Counted from the first letter of the stretch, positions 38,928 to 49,419 are shown. The stretch: 64,000 bases of DNA from Chthonomonadaceae bacterium (GCA_035650735.1 DASRGZ010000143.1:1-64000), one strand, 5' to 3'. Notes: a model not told the origin generated them from the letters alone. A program made the numbers and translations.

Positions 38928-39275
38928 GTGCGGTTTCAAGGCGTAATGGCGATGGTGCTGGTGCAGGATATCGAGCGCGCGCTGCGCTTCTACCGTGATA
39001 TCCTCGGCTTCACGGTCCAGGAGGAGCAGGAGGACTGGGTCGTCTTCAACGAAGGCGTCGGATTACAGGTCTCCCCGGAACCGTTGCCGGAGGTGAATCT
39101 GAATGTCAACGCGGTCATGGTCACGCTGCTGGTAGATGACGTGCGGGCGGCCTATAACGAGTTGACCCAGAAGGGCGTCGCGTTTCTCGTGCCGCCGACC
39201 GATGCGAGCGGGGCGGTGGTGGCGACGTTGCGCGATACCGAAAACAACCTGCTCCAGCTCATGCAACTCTACTGA
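38928..39275 (+). CDS. VOC/glyoxalase family protein
   Basis: GAGGAG then GTG; VQDIERALRFYRDILGF, LRDTENN. Confidence 0.88.
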   Translation: MRFQGVMAMVLVQDIERALRFYRDILGFTVQEEQEDWVVFNEGVGLQVSPEPLPEVNLNVNAVMVTLLVDDVRAAYNELTQKGVAFLVPPTDASGAVVATLRDTENNLLQLMQLY

Positions 39276-39278
39276 TTT

Positions 39279-39342
39279 GCGGCAGGCTAAACCCTGCCGC
39301 TGTGGGGCCTATGGCCTGCCGCCCACCTGCGTGGGCGGGAAT
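39279..39342. repeat. Partial copy of the multi-hairpin element
   Basis: GCGGCAGGCTAAACCCTGCCGC and CGCCCACCTGCGTGGGCG. Confidence 0.7.
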
Positions 39343-41507
39343 AGGCGCCGCAAGCCCGGCCCCGTGTTTTTACTCCGAGTGCGCCGGCCTCCCACCGTCG
39401 CGACCGCCGGCTCCAGCAGCAGGGCGACGAGCGCGGCCAGCAGACAGTAGGGCCAGAGCGGACGCCCGCGCCGTAATTCCTCCAGGGCCGCGCTGCCTTC
39501 AGTTCCCCCGCGCACCAGGTAGGAGGCGCGCGCACGGCGCTTGCCCTCCAAGGCGCGAGGGTCCAGCGCGCGCAGGTCGCTCTCGTCCGGGTGCGGATTG
39601 ACGGCGAGGGTAGCCGCCGCCTGTCCGTCTGCCAGGAGGGTATAAAACCCCGGCTCCTCCGCCCGCTCCACGATCACGCCGCTGCCCGTCCGATCCACGG
39701 TGACACGCTCCGATGCGCTATGCGGCCCGATGGCTATGATCCGACCCTTCGCCTGCGCCGCCTCTAGGGTCGCCGACGCCGACTCGCCCGCAAAGAACTC
39801 GCGCCGCTCGCCCTCGCCTGCCGTCATGCCCTTGATGAGCTCGTGCAGCAGGGGCGGAAAGACCTCCTGCCGAGCCAGATCGCCGTCGGCGGGCGCCGGA
39901 GAGAAGTTGCAGAGCAGCACGCTGCCTGCGCCCAGATTGCGGCGGGCGGCGGCAGGCGTTCCGTCTTCGTATTTGAGCAGGACTTCAGCGCGGGGATCGG
40001 CCGGCTGCGTAATAAAAAAGTGCGTGAACCGGACCTGGCCCAGGTCGGCTGCGCCGGGATCTTTGAAGAGCGCCAGCAGCGGGCTTTCGTACCGGGCCTC
40101 CGTCCAGACGACGTAGCCTTTGCCGTGCCCCCGCACGTCCATCGGTGCCTGCGGCAAAAAGGGCAGCCCTTCGCCGCGCGGAGCCAGCTTCGCCAGCGCC
40201 GCCATCTGCTCGACGCAGCGCGGCCCGCTCAGGAAGACGATCAGCGCGCCGCCCTCGGAAACGTAGCGGGCAATCAGCGGAAGCTTAGCGGCGGGCAGCG
40301 TCCTCACCTCGGTCCAGATCACCACGTCGCTGGTTTTCAAATCCGTTTCCGAGAGGTCGGCGGCGTGCCGGGGCAGGACACGCATCCCGCCCGGCTGCTC
40401 GGGCGTGGGGTTCAGGGCACGGCGAAGGTAATAGGCGGCGGTATCGGGACGGCGCAGGTCCGCGTCGGTGAGCAGCAGGACGTTGAGGCTGTGCCGCAGG
40501 TCGGCGGCGAGATAGCGGACGTCGTCGGCAGGCAGATCGTCGGCGGGCAGCCGCGCCGTGATCCGGTATCGGCCCGCGTCCGGGAACATGATGGGAAATG
40601 CCGCTGTGCCGCTGGCGTAGGGCGGGACGGTCACGCTCTGCGTCTGCGTCTCCGGGGAAGATGCGCCTTCGGGAAGGGGCCCCTCCTTTTCCACCCGGAG
40701 GGTGATGGGCAGCGTGCGCGCTCGGCGCGTGCCGTTCCAGACCTCCGCGACGACCTGGGCTACTTCACCCGCGCGCGGAGTCGGGGGACGCAGCTTCAGG
40801 CCGGTCACGGCGGTATTGTCGCGCTCCCCGGCGGCATCCAGGAAAACGATTTTCACTCCCGGCGGCAGGGCGTCGAACGACACTTCGGCCCAGTTGGCGC
40901 GCTGAAAGTCGGAGGCCAGCCATAACTCCTTCTGCGGCGCCCGCGCTTTGCTCAACTGCTCAGCGGCCAGGGCGATGGCGGCAGGCAGGTCGCCCCGCTC
41001 CGGGACCGCCTCCGCGCTCTTGAGCGCTTGCCGCAGCGTGCCAAAGTCCCCGCCCATCTCCGGCAGGACGGGTTTTGGCGCCGCGCCGGCCAGGAGAACG
41101 TTGGCGATATCGCCGGGGCGCAGGTCCTCCAGCAGCGCCGCCGCCTGCCCGCGCGCCCGCGCCAGAGTGGAGACGCCCCCCCGCGTATATCCCATAGAAA
41201 GCGAGGTATCGAGCACGAGCAGAACGGCGCGCTGCGTCCCTTCTGCGGAGGCCAATGGCGCCCGCAGAGTTGGCTTCAGGAAGGCCAGCACCAGAGACAG
41301 CACCAGCGCCAGCCGCAGCGCCAGCAGCAGCCAGCGCCGCAGACGGAACACCTGCGATTGCTGGGCCAGCGCCCGCTGCAAGAACGCGAACGTCGGCAGC
41401 ACATAGGTGCGCCGTGCCTGCCGCGTCAGCAGATGAATGAGGATGGGAATGCCAAGCGCCAGCAGCCAGGGCCACAAGCCCACATTAAGAAACGCCACTC
41501 CATGCAT
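39309..41507 (-). CDS. BatA N-terminal plus vWA domain membrane protein
   Basis: PILIHLL..P, LLLALRL; MIDAS DTSLSM, SDFQ; ESDL; C-terminal TM LWPY..LLLE. Confidence 0.88.
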   Translation of the reverse strand: MHGVAFLNVGLWPWLLALGIPILIHLLTRQARRTYVLPTFAFLQRALAQQSQVFRLRRWLLLALRLALVLSLVLAFLKPTLRAPLASAEGTQRAVLLVLDTSLSMGYTRGGVSTLARARGQAAALLEDLRPGDIANVLLAGAAPKPVLPEMGGDFGTLRQALKSAEAVPERGDLPAAIALAAEQLSKARAPQKELWLASDFQRANWAEVSFDALPPGVKIVFLDAAGERDNTAVTGLKLRPPTPRAGEVAQVVAEVWNGTRRARTLPITLRVEKEGPLPEGASSPETQTQSVTVPPYASGTAAFPIMFPDAGRYRITARLPADDLPADDVRYLAADLRHSLNVLLLTDADLRRPDTAAYYLRRALNPTPEQPGGMRVLPRHAADLSETDLKTSDVVIWTEVRTLPAAKLPLIARYVSEGGALIVFLSGPRCVEQMAALAKLAPRGEGLPFLPQAPMDVRGHGKGYVVWTEARYESPLLALFKDPGAADLGQVRFTHFFITQPADPRAEVLLKYEDGTPAAARRNLGAGSVLLCNFSPAPADGDLARQEVFPPLLHELIKGMTAGEGERREFFAGESASATLEAAQAKGRIIAIGPHSASERVTVDRTGSGVIVERAEEPGFYTLLADGQAAATLAVNPHPDESDLRALDPRALEGKRRARASYLVRGGTEGSAALEELRRGRPLWPYCLLAALVALLLEPAVATVGGRRTRSKNTGPGLRRLFPPTQVGGRP

Positions 41508-41668
41508 AGGGAGACAGCTCTTTTCCGAAATAGAACTTTCCGACGTTTACATGCGTCTAATAAACCGCGACAGCTTATGTGCGCCTTCAAGAAGGAACCT
41601 GCCCGGACGATACGCGAATTATACCGTATTCTGATTATTCGGCAGCTTCTGGAGGGCAAACGAAACCC

Positions 41669-42436
41669 ATGAAACTACCGCAGGAGAAGATCGAGCAGTT
41701 CCGACGGGACGGATACCTGGCGGTCGGGCCGGTGCTGACGGCGCAGGAGCTGGAGGCAGCGCGCGCCGCCTATGACCGCATCTTCCAGGCGACCGAAAAG
41801 CCCGCCACCTACCGCAACCTGGGCCAGAAGGAGGGCGAGGAACGGAGCGAGGGCGCGGTGCTCCAGATCATTGACATGCACACCCTCGACGACATCTTCC
41901 GCCACCTGCTCTACAAAGAGGAGATTCTCGATCTGGCCGAAAGTATCCTTGGCACGCCCGACATCCGGCTCTACCACGACCAGGCGCTCTACAAGCCGGC
42001 CCTGCACGGCGATATTGTGCCCTGGCACCAGGACAACGGCTACTGGCGTCTGGAGCCTCCGAACGCCGCCTCGCTCTGGATCGCGCTCGACGCCGCGACG
42101 ACGGAGAACGGCTGCATGTGGGTCATACCGGGCAGCCATCGGGCGGGCGAGGTCGGCCACCAGCGCGCCGGGCAATACATCGCTCAGCTCAAAGCCGACG
42201 CCGACGAGTCCCTGGCCGTTCCGGTGCCGCTTCCGGCCGGTTCGGCCATGTTTCACCACTGCCGCACGCTGCACTGCACCCGGCCCAACCGCAGTCCCTA
42301 CCAGCGGCGCGCGTGGGTTATCCACTATATGCCCGCCGATACCAGACAGGGCGGGAACTACCTGTCGCATCGTCCCCTGCTGCGCGGCCAGGCACGCCTC
42401 TCTGGCGTCTCGCAGTCGTCGAGCGGGGACATTTAG
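41669..42436 (+). CDS. PhyH-family Fe(II)/2-oxoglutarate dioxygenase
   Basis: FRRDGY, PWHQD, WIALD..ENGC..PGSH, HCT..N.S..RR. Confidence 0.9.
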   Translation: MKLPQEKIEQFRRDGYLAVGPVLTAQELEAARAAYDRIFQATEKPATYRNLGQKEGEERSEGAVLQIIDMHTLDDIFRHLLYKEEILDLAESILGTPDIRLYHDQALYKPALHGDIVPWHQDNGYWRLEPPNAASLWIALDAATTENGCMWVIPGSHRAGEVGHQRAGQYIAQLKADADESLAVPVPLPAGSAMFHHCRTLHCTRPNRSPYQRRAWVIHYMPADTRQGGNYLSHRPLLRGQARLSGVSQSSSGDI

Positions 42437-42458
42437 GAGAGGCTGAGGAGAAAAAGCA

Positions 42459-43352
42459 ATGTATTGGCGCACGATTCTTTCTACCACGGCGACGGTGGCC
42501 GCCGCGCTCCTGATTGGCTTGAGCGCGCCGACAACCGCTCTGGCCCAGGGGCCCGGGCAGGGCGGACGGCCCGGCTTTGGAGGCGGCAGGTTCTTCGGCG
42601 GCATGTTTGCTGGCATGCAGGCGCGTTCCGCCGCAACCAGCGATCCGCTTCGCAGCGCCGAGATGGCCCTGCTGACGCGCCCGGATGTCCAGCGCACGCT
42701 GATGCTGACCGTTAAACAAAAGGACGCCCTGGCCGAGCTTCAAAACAACGCCGGTGAGCAGTTCCGTCAGAGGATGGCGCAGAATTTCCAGGATCTGCGT
42801 AATATGACCCCGGAAGAGAGACGGGCGCAGCGCGATCAATTCCGCGATAGGATGCAGGACACCATTACCCAGGTGACCGGCGAACTGAACAAGCAGGCGG
42901 AGGCGATACTGAAGCCGGACCAGGTTCAGCGCCTGCGCGAGCTGGATCTGCAGTGGCGCGGACCGCTCGCCCTGAACGACCCGAAAGTGGCGGAAGCAAT
43001 GGCGCTGGAGCCGGAGCAGAAGGAAAAGCTGGCGGCGCTCTTGCAGGAGTTCCGACAGGCGCAGCAGAAGGCCATGCAGACGGCTTTTGCCGCTATGCGT
43101 CCGCCGCAGCCTCCCGCCCCTAATGCCGATGGCAGTACGCCGCCCCCCGCTCCACAGGCCCGGCCCAATCCGATGGAGATGCAGGCCCGGTTCCGCGCTG
43201 CCCAGCAGCAGGTGGAGCAGCAGATGGAAAAGGTTCGCAAGGGGCTGAGCGAGAAGGCGCTGGCCGTGCTTACCGATGAGCAGCGACAGCGCTGGCAGAC
43301 GCTCCAGGGCAAGCCGTTCCTCTTCCGCAATCTGGAAATGCCCCAGCAGTAG
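42459..43352 (+). CDS. Secreted helical Spy/CpxP-like (LTxxQ) protein
   Basis: Signal peptide; LTVKQ, LKPDQ, LEPEQ, LTDEQ repeats; Q/E/R-rich. Confidence 0.75.
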   Translation: MYWRTILSTTATVAAALLIGLSAPTTALAQGPGQGGRPGFGGGRFFGGMFAGMQARSAATSDPLRSAEMALLTRPDVQRTLMLTVKQKDALAELQNNAGEQFRQRMAQNFQDLRNMTPEERRAQRDQFRDRMQDTITQVTGELNKQAEAILKPDQVQRLRELDLQWRGPLALNDPKVAEAMALEPEQKEKLAALLQEFRQAQQKAMQTAFAAMRPPQPPAPNADGSTPPPAPQARPNPMEMQARFRAAQQQVEQQMEKVRKGLSEKALAVLTDEQRQRWQTLQGKPFLFRNLEMPQQ

Positions 43353-43353
43353 C

Positions 43354-43489
43354 AAAACGCTTCAACAGGATTAACAGGATTTCTAAAACCCAACCAACCG
43401 AGTCTCTATGCCTCTGTTCCGCTTGGTTTTAAGGCTTTTGTCTTCATCCTGTAAATCTTGAGAAATCCTGTTAATCCTGTTGGATTTTT
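43354..43489. repeat. CAGGAT/ATCCTG periodic palindromic element, copy 2
   Basis: CAACAGGATTAACAGGATTTCT..AGAAATCCTGTTAATCCTGTTG, shared CCAACCGA core. Confidence 0.85.
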
Positions 43490-44408
43490 AAACCCCGGCG
43501 AGGATTTTATCCACGCGGGCGCTGACATCGCGCAGATACGCTTCGTCGCCGCCGCCGAGCTCCGTGTTCATAAAGCCGGTAAAGCCGACCTCCGCAAAGG
43601 CCCGGCGCACCTCCGGCCAGTCCACATCGCCTTCCCGCAGGTTGACGAACTGGTAGGTGCTGCGCTTGAAATCCTTCAGGTGCACCTTCTGGATACGCTT
43701 GCCCAGCGTGCGTATCCAGTCCTCCGGGTAGCCGTAGATCACCACGTTGCCCACATCGAAGTAAGCCTGCACCAGCGGATGCCGAAACTCGTCAATGTAG
43801 CGGGCGAACTCCAGCGGGCTGAGCAGGAACTTGTTCCAGACCTCCTCGATCAAAATCATTACGCCCAGCTTCTCCGCCGTCGGTATCAGCGTGCGGATAT
43901 TCTTTTGGGAGCGTGCGTAGGCGTCCTTGTAGCGGGTTTGGGCCGTGACGACGCCCGGCACGAGCAGAATATCGTCTGCCCCCATCCATTTGGCGCTTTG
44001 CAGGGCCGCGCGCGTGCTCTCCAATCCCCGCTCCACGACGGCAGGATCGGCGCTGGAGAGCGGATTTTCCCACCCGCCATAGATGACGGAGTGAATGGGT
44101 ATCCCGGCCTTCTCCGCCGCCGCCCGCATCGCCAGCGCCTCCTTCTCCTCGCCAACCGGCCCGGCCTCCACGCCCTCAAACCCGACCTCCTTCGCCAATT
44201 GGAAGCGCGCTTCCAGGCTCAGGTTCCCGGGCAGCATGGAGAACATCACCGATTTTTTCGGGCGGTTGGCCTGCTCCTGGCGCCGAGGGGCCGCATCGAC
44301 TACGGCTGTTTCCAAGCTGCCGGCGGCGCCCGCCCCGCCCAGGCCGAGCGCCAGCGCCGTGCTCGCCGACCTGCCAAGAAATTGGCGCCGATTGATGTGT
44401 TCGCTCAT
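43488..44408 (-). CDS. Tat-exported sugar phosphate isomerase/epimerase (xylose-isomerase-like TIM barrel)
   Basis: NRRQFL Tat motif; GFEGVE, IEEVWN, FDVGN, VHLKD, NTE. Confidence 0.88.
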   Translation of the reverse strand: MSEHINRRQFLGRSASTALALGLGGAGAAGSLETAVVDAAPRRQEQANRPKKSVMFSMLPGNLSLEARFQLAKEVGFEGVEAGPVGEEKEALAMRAAAEKAGIPIHSVIYGGWENPLSSADPAVVERGLESTRAALQSAKWMGADDILLVPGVVTAQTRYKDAYARSQKNIRTLIPTAEKLGVMILIEEVWNKFLLSPLEFARYIDEFRHPLVQAYFDVGNVVIYGYPEDWIRTLGKRIQKVHLKDFKRSTYQFVNLREGDVDWPEVRRAFAEVGFTGFMNTELGGGDEAYLRDVSARVDKILAGV

Positions 44409-44553
44409 GGTGGTTTCTCCTCTCGCCTGCGGTGCGCCCTAGAGGTTCGGCAGGCAGAGGGAACGTTCCTGCCCTCCGGCAATTGCCGCCCTGAGAGCCT
44501 ATCCCCATAGGGCCAGGTTGCTTTCTCGCAAGCCTGCCTGCCGGAAGAGGCCC

Positions 44554-46008
44554 TTACTTGGTGGGGAAGAGCAGGATCACACCGCTTTGCGGCGGCAGAT
44601 CTACCTTGCGCACCCGCGCGCCCGTGACCCGCTGCATCTCGCCACCCAGCAGTATGGTGCGCCCTCGCTGCGCGTCCGAGTTGACGTAGACCACGCCTCC
44701 CTGAAACACCCGCCGCCAGACCGTGCCGCCCTCGGCGGGAACCAGGTGCCGCTCCTGAACCGCCACGCCCAGGGGCACATTGAAGTAGGCCGATTTGGCG
44801 CTGACCTGCTTGCGCAGCACAGCCAGGCTAAAGCCTGCGTCGCGCCGTTCGTCCGGCAGCAGAGGCATCGGCTGGAAAACACAGCGCCCCTGATTATGGA
44901 CGATGAGCAGGTAGCTTGCCAGGTCATACTCCAATTCGACGTCGTTATGGTAGGCGGCGCAGGCGATAAAAACCTGACCGTTGCGGCCCGCGCGGTCGGC
45001 GGCCTCCAGGGCAATCTCCCACAGGTTTTCCGGCTGCGGGACGTCATCCCGATACGAGTAGACCCACCCCTCGTCCCAGGCTCCATCTATGAGGCCGAAG
45101 TAGTCGTCCCAGAGCCGGCCCGGAAGATTGGGTTCCTCGGTGCCGGGGGGCGTCACGAGCGTTGTATGCCCGGCAGGCAGATCAAAGCCCATCGCCGCCG
45201 GGATCAGAAAGAAGCGGTTGGCAGCGCGGGCGGCACGCAGCCAGTTTGTCGTCGCCGTAATGCGGTCTTCCGGGGTCCGGTACCGGGCCAGATCCTCGCC
45301 GACAAAGGGGTTGTTGAGCGGCAACTGTGTCGCCACCACGCCCTGCGCGCTATACTGGCGCGTCAAGGCCAGCGCGCGGTCGCGCCAGTGGGCCGCCCAA
45401 TCCGGGTTGGCAAAGTCCATCCAGTGGCCGCCCGGCGCCGGATGGGCGATCTCGTTGCCGCTGCCATCACGCAGCGTCCAGGCCGCCATCTCCGGCTTCC
45501 ATCCGCCGACGTTGGCCCGCTGGTCGTCCCGCTCGTAGAGGGCGGAGGCGGAGGCGATAAGCAGGGGCGTGAAGAGGCGCTGCGCCTTGACAATAGCCGG
45601 GAAGGTCTCCGGCGTGATATTGACCGCATTGAGGGCGATCACGTCGCAGTTTGCGGCGATCCAGCGCTGGTTATCCGCCGAGAGCTTGACGCCCAGCGCC
45701 GCCGACTCTTCCATATCGGCGCTGCCGTCGCCCAGCCCCAGCGTATAGATGCCGCCCAGACGCACCGGGCAGAGCGGACGGATGCGCGGAGCTACCTGGA
45801 TGAGATCATCGTTGGACTTGGATTCGAGCTTGCCGCCCGGTCTGTCCGAAGGCTTGACCTCGATCTCTTTTACCCGCACCTGCGGCGGCAATTTCGGTCG
45901 GCTGTCTGGCGGCGCAGGGCGCGGCTTGGCAGGAGGCTTCGCAGAGGTAGCGAGCGCACCTGTGCAGAGCAATGCAGCGATTAGCCAGAGAGTGAGCAAG
46001 CGGGACAT
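44554..46008 (-). CDS. Secreted putative glycoside hydrolase
   Basis: Signal peptide from ATG 46008; WMDFANPDW, DGAWDEGW, WRRVFQGGVVYVN. Confidence 0.6.
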   Translation of the reverse strand: MSRLLTLWLIAALLCTGALATSAKPPAKPRPAPPDSRPKLPPQVRVKEIEVKPSDRPGGKLESKSNDDLIQVAPRIRPLCPVRLGGIYTLGLGDGSADMEESAALGVKLSADNQRWIAANCDVIALNAVNITPETFPAIVKAQRLFTPLLIASASALYERDDQRANVGGWKPEMAAWTLRDGSGNEIAHPAPGGHWMDFANPDWAAHWRDRALALTRQYSAQGVVATQLPLNNPFVGEDLARYRTPEDRITATTNWLRAARAANRFFLIPAAMGFDLPAGHTTLVTPPGTEEPNLPGRLWDDYFGLIDGAWDEGWVYSYRDDVPQPENLWEIALEAADRAGRNGQVFIACAAYHNDVELEYDLASYLLIVHNQGRCVFQPMPLLPDERRDAGFSLAVLRKQVSAKSAYFNVPLGVAVQERHLVPAEGGTVWRRVFQGGVVYVNSDAQRGRTILLGGEMQRVTGARVRKVDLPPQSGVILLFPTK

Positions 46009-46354
46009 AGTAACAAACTCCTGAGTTGTCCCGGCGCTGCCCGAACGGCACGCACCCGGGCGAGACAGATGGCAGGGACATGGCGCGGGGGGAGATATCG
46101 AGGACAGACCTGCGTTCCAGGGAGATCGCAAAGCGCCGCTTACAGTATAATCCACGCGGGCCGGGCCGTCAAGTAGGCAGTAGGGAGTAGGTAATGGGCA
46201 GTGGGGCATCATCTGCACGCCGGGCCGTCGAGCTGAATCCGGGGAAAGGGAGCGCCGAGAAGATGGGAACGATCTCCAGGGTGGGGCCGTCTCCTCAATA
46301 ACCCTGTGCGTTAGGAGAAAGAGAATACAGATATTGAACAGGCTCACGTTCCCA

Positions 46355-46436
46355 GGTAATCCCTCCCAACGGTGTTGACGTATCTCCTCAGCAGCAGGCT
46401 GCGTGAGATTAATCAACACGGCTGGGAGTGTCTACC
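46355..46436. mobile_element. 82-bp MITE copy 2, 8-bp TSD CGTTCCCA
   Basis: CGTTCCCA at 46347-46354 and 46437-46444; overlaps the 3' end of the cyclase/STAND gene. Confidence 0.88.
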
Positions 46437-49046
46437 CGTTCCCACTTCTTCCAACGCATACTCCATCGCCTGCTCCAGCGTCATGGCCTGCCCTTCCGCC
46501 CAGGCCGCCGCAAACGCCTCCTCGCCCAACGCCTCCCGCACGTCGCCTAGGCTGCGCTCATACTCAGCAAGAACACAAGGCCATAAAGGAGAACTCATGG
46601 CTTCGCGTTGCGCTGCTGCCACGGCCCATAAAACGGCCGCACGCTCCCCCTGTTGCTGAGCCGCCGCTAACTTCGCGAACCCTTCGAGAAACCAAACGAC
46701 CCCGCCCTTATAGCCTAAATCCCTGGCTATCTCTAACCCTTGCCGCTGGAGCGCGCGGGCGGAAGCATAATCCCCTTCTGCTGTAGAAAGAAGGCCCAGG
46801 TTGTCCAGGGTCAGAACCATGCCGTATTTGTTGCCCATTTCCTGGAAGGTAGGCAGGCACTTTTCATAGCAGGCGCGGGCAGCGGCATAATCGCCCTGAT
46901 GATAGGCGGCAAGCCCCTGATTGTTCAGCACATAGGCTACGCCCGATGTATTTCCCAACGCCTCGTTGATAATCCGGCTTTGCTCATAGAGAGAAAGCGC
47001 GGTAGAATAGTCGCCTTGAAAATGGGCTAGCAGGGCGAGCATGTTGAGCACAGAAGCAATTTCTTGCTGGTCATCTAACTGCCGATAGATCGCCAGACTC
47101 TCTTCATAGAACGCGCGGGCCGCCGCATAATCGCCCTGGGCGCCCGCCATGTAACCGACTTGAAAAAGCGCTCCTGCCCTCAGGGCCATCGGCGTGCGGC
47201 TGCTTTTTTGCAGCATGGTTTCCAGCCATTGGCGCCCCTCCGAATAGCGTCCTCGCATTCCCCAGAAATGCGACAGCCAGCCCGCCAGACGCAGACCGGC
47301 CCCGGCGCTATCCTCCTGAGTCCGGCACCATTCTAACGCGGCCCGGAGATTGGCGTACTCCCTTTCCGAGCGTTCTGCCAGGTTCGGCTTTTTCGGCTCC
47401 AGATACTGCGAAAAGTAATCAAGATGCCTTCGATGCAGCGCCTCTTGTTCGCCGCCCGCTTCAGACTCTTCTGCGGCATACTGGCGCACGGTCTCCAGCA
47501 GGCGGTATCGCGCCTGCCCCTCCCGCTCCTCGTAAAGGACCAGGGACTTATCCACCAGGCCGGTCAGCAAGTCCAGCACTTCCCAGTCCTCGATGCCTTG
47601 ACCGGCACATACGGCCTCTGCCGCTTCCAGCGTCCAGCCACCGGCAAAGATAGACAAGCGACTCAGCAAAAGCTGCTCCTGCTCCGAGAGAAGGTCGTAA
47701 CTCCAGTCAATAAGCGCGCGCAGCGTCTGCTGTCGGGGCAATACCGTGCGGCTTCCGCTTGTTAACAGCCGGAACCGGTCGTCCAGACGTTCGGCTATCT
47801 TCTCGACAGCCATCGCGCGTATTCGGGCTGCCGCCAGTTCGATAGCCAGTGGGATGCCGTCCAATTGGTGGCAGATCTCGGCTACCGCAGGCCCGTTCTG
47901 CCGGGTGAGCGCAAACTCAGACCGATGCGAGCAGGCGCGTTCCACAAACAGGCGCACGGCATCATAGTCCATCAGCGCTGCCGCAAGGTCTTTCTCCTCT
48001 GAGGGCAGACGCTCCGGATCGGGCGGAAGCAGGGAAGGCACCCGATAGGTCGTCTCGCCGGGAACATTGAGGGCTTCCCGGCTGGTCGCCAGCAGCTTCA
48101 CGTTGGGAGAAGAGCGCAGCAGTGTCTCGGCCAGGGACGCACAGGCCGCCACCAGATGCTCGCAGTTATCCAGGATCAGCAGCAGGGACCTGGACTGAAG
48201 ATAATCGATCAAGGTCTGAGTCAGGGAACGGCCTGGCTCCTCACGCAGACCCAGGGCCGAAGCCACACTCTGCGGCACCGGGCTGCCCTCGGACAGAGCG
48301 GCCAACTCCACCAGCCAGGCGCCATCCGGGTAGTCCTCCAGCAAGTCGGCAGCCGCTTGAAGGGCCAGCCGGGTCTTGCCACAGCCGCCTATTCCGGTCA
48401 GAGTCAGTAAGCGGGTGGAAGAGAACAACCTTTTGAGCTGGGCCATCTCCTGCTCTCTGCCGATGAAGGAAGTGGTCTGGACAGGCAGGTTGGTATTGCG
48501 TAGAGAGCGCAGCGGTGGAAACTCGGAGGGCAGATCAGGGGCGGCCAGTTGAAAGACGTGCTCCGGCTGCTGCAAGTCCTTGAGGCGATGACTGCCCTTG
48601 TCCATCAGAGGCGCATCAGGAGGCAACAAGTCCCGCGCGGCCTGAGAGAGCAGCACCTGGCCGCCATGCCCAATAGCCCGCAGCCGAGCGCAACGATTGA
48701 CGGCGGAGCCATAGTAGTCGCCTTCTCGCAAGTCCGCTTCTCCCGTATGCAAGGCCATCCGAACCCGCAAGGGAGCTTCGGCAGGCCAGGGCTCAGACAC
48801 AAACGCCTGCTGGAGCGCACACGCGGCGGCCACGGCATCGGTAGCGCGGGCAAAGACACAAAACAGGCTGTCGCCTTCGCCCCGGCTCTTGACCAGAAGG
48901 CCCTCATGCTGCTCAATAATCGAGGCGGCCAGAGCGTCATGGCGGGCCAGGGCCTGGCGCATGGCCTCCGGGCATTCTTCCCAGAGCTTGGTGCTGCCTT
49001 CAATATCGGTGAAGAGAAAGGTGACGGTTCCGCTCGGCAGGAGCAT
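46413..49046 (-). CDS. Adenylate/guanylate cyclase domain plus STAND ATPase plus TPR protein
   Basis: TFLFTDIEGST, EGDS, HTGE; GIGGCGKTRL, LILDNCEH, DGIPLAIELAA; TPR repeats. Confidence 0.92.
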   Translation of the reverse strand: MLLPSGTVTFLFTDIEGSTKLWEECPEAMRQALARHDALAASIIEQHEGLLVKSRGEGDSLFCVFARATDAVAAACALQQAFVSEPWPAEAPLRVRMALHTGEADLREGDYYGSAVNRCARLRAIGHGGQVLLSQAARDLLPPDAPLMDKGSHRLKDLQQPEHVFQLAAPDLPSEFPPLRSLRNTNLPVQTTSFIGREQEMAQLKRLFSSTRLLTLTGIGGCGKTRLALQAAADLLEDYPDGAWLVELAALSEGSPVPQSVASALGLREEPGRSLTQTLIDYLQSRSLLLILDNCEHLVAACASLAETLLRSSPNVKLLATSREALNVPGETTYRVPSLLPPDPERLPSEEKDLAAALMDYDAVRLFVERACSHRSEFALTRQNGPAVAEICHQLDGIPLAIELAAARIRAMAVEKIAERLDDRFRLLTSGSRTVLPRQQTLRALIDWSYDLLSEQEQLLLSRLSIFAGGWTLEAAEAVCAGQGIEDWEVLDLLTGLVDKSLVLYEEREGQARYRLLETVRQYAAEESEAGGEQEALHRRHLDYFSQYLEPKKPNLAERSEREYANLRAALEWCRTQEDSAGAGLRLAGWLSHFWGMRGRYSEGRQWLETMLQKSSRTPMALRAGALFQVGYMAGAQGDYAAARAFYEESLAIYRQLDDQQEIASVLNMLALLAHFQGDYSTALSLYEQSRIINEALGNTSGVAYVLNNQGLAAYHQGDYAAARACYEKCLPTFQEMGNKYGMVLTLDNLGLLSTAEGDYASARALQRQGLEIARDLGYKGGVVWFLEGFAKLAAAQQQGERAAVLWAVAAAQREAMSSPLWPCVLAEYERSLGDVREALGEEAFAAAWAEGQAMTLEQAMEYALEEVGTGRHSQPC

Positions 49047-49419
49047 AGTGCGCCTCCGCAAATTAAGCCAGGAGTTCGGAGTAAAAGTTCGGGAGCCGTG
49101 AGGCTTTTCCTGCGAGGCAGAGGCAGTGTATCACAGCGCCCTCTCAGTCATGGAACATGGCAGGAGAGGATACGCCCAAATTTCGCCGGGTTATCTGGTT
49201 TTTCCTGTGGCGGCGAGAAGCCGTGTTGTCATGGGGAACTAAGCGGGGTACACTATTTCACGGGCGCTGCCGGCGTCCCGCCGAAAATGGCATCGCCCGC
49301 ATCAGAGGCGCGCTCGCCTGAGTAGGTAGAGCCTACGGCCTGTCCCTTGCGGGGTGAGGTTCAGGCCGGAAACGCCTGCATCCGGCAACCATTCACTTCA
49401 GATCGAGGAAGCTCTTTAC

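Noticed and set aside
46009..46419. N-terminal extension of the putative glycoside hydrolase
   Set aside because: Runs through the MITE and intergenic DNA; RBS and signal peptide start at 46008
38677..46436. 82-bp repeats as integron attC sites or ends of a composite transposon beside a tyrosine recombinase
   Set aside because: Each copy has its own different 8-bp TSD, the recombinase is XerD-like, and the enclosed genes are not cassette-like
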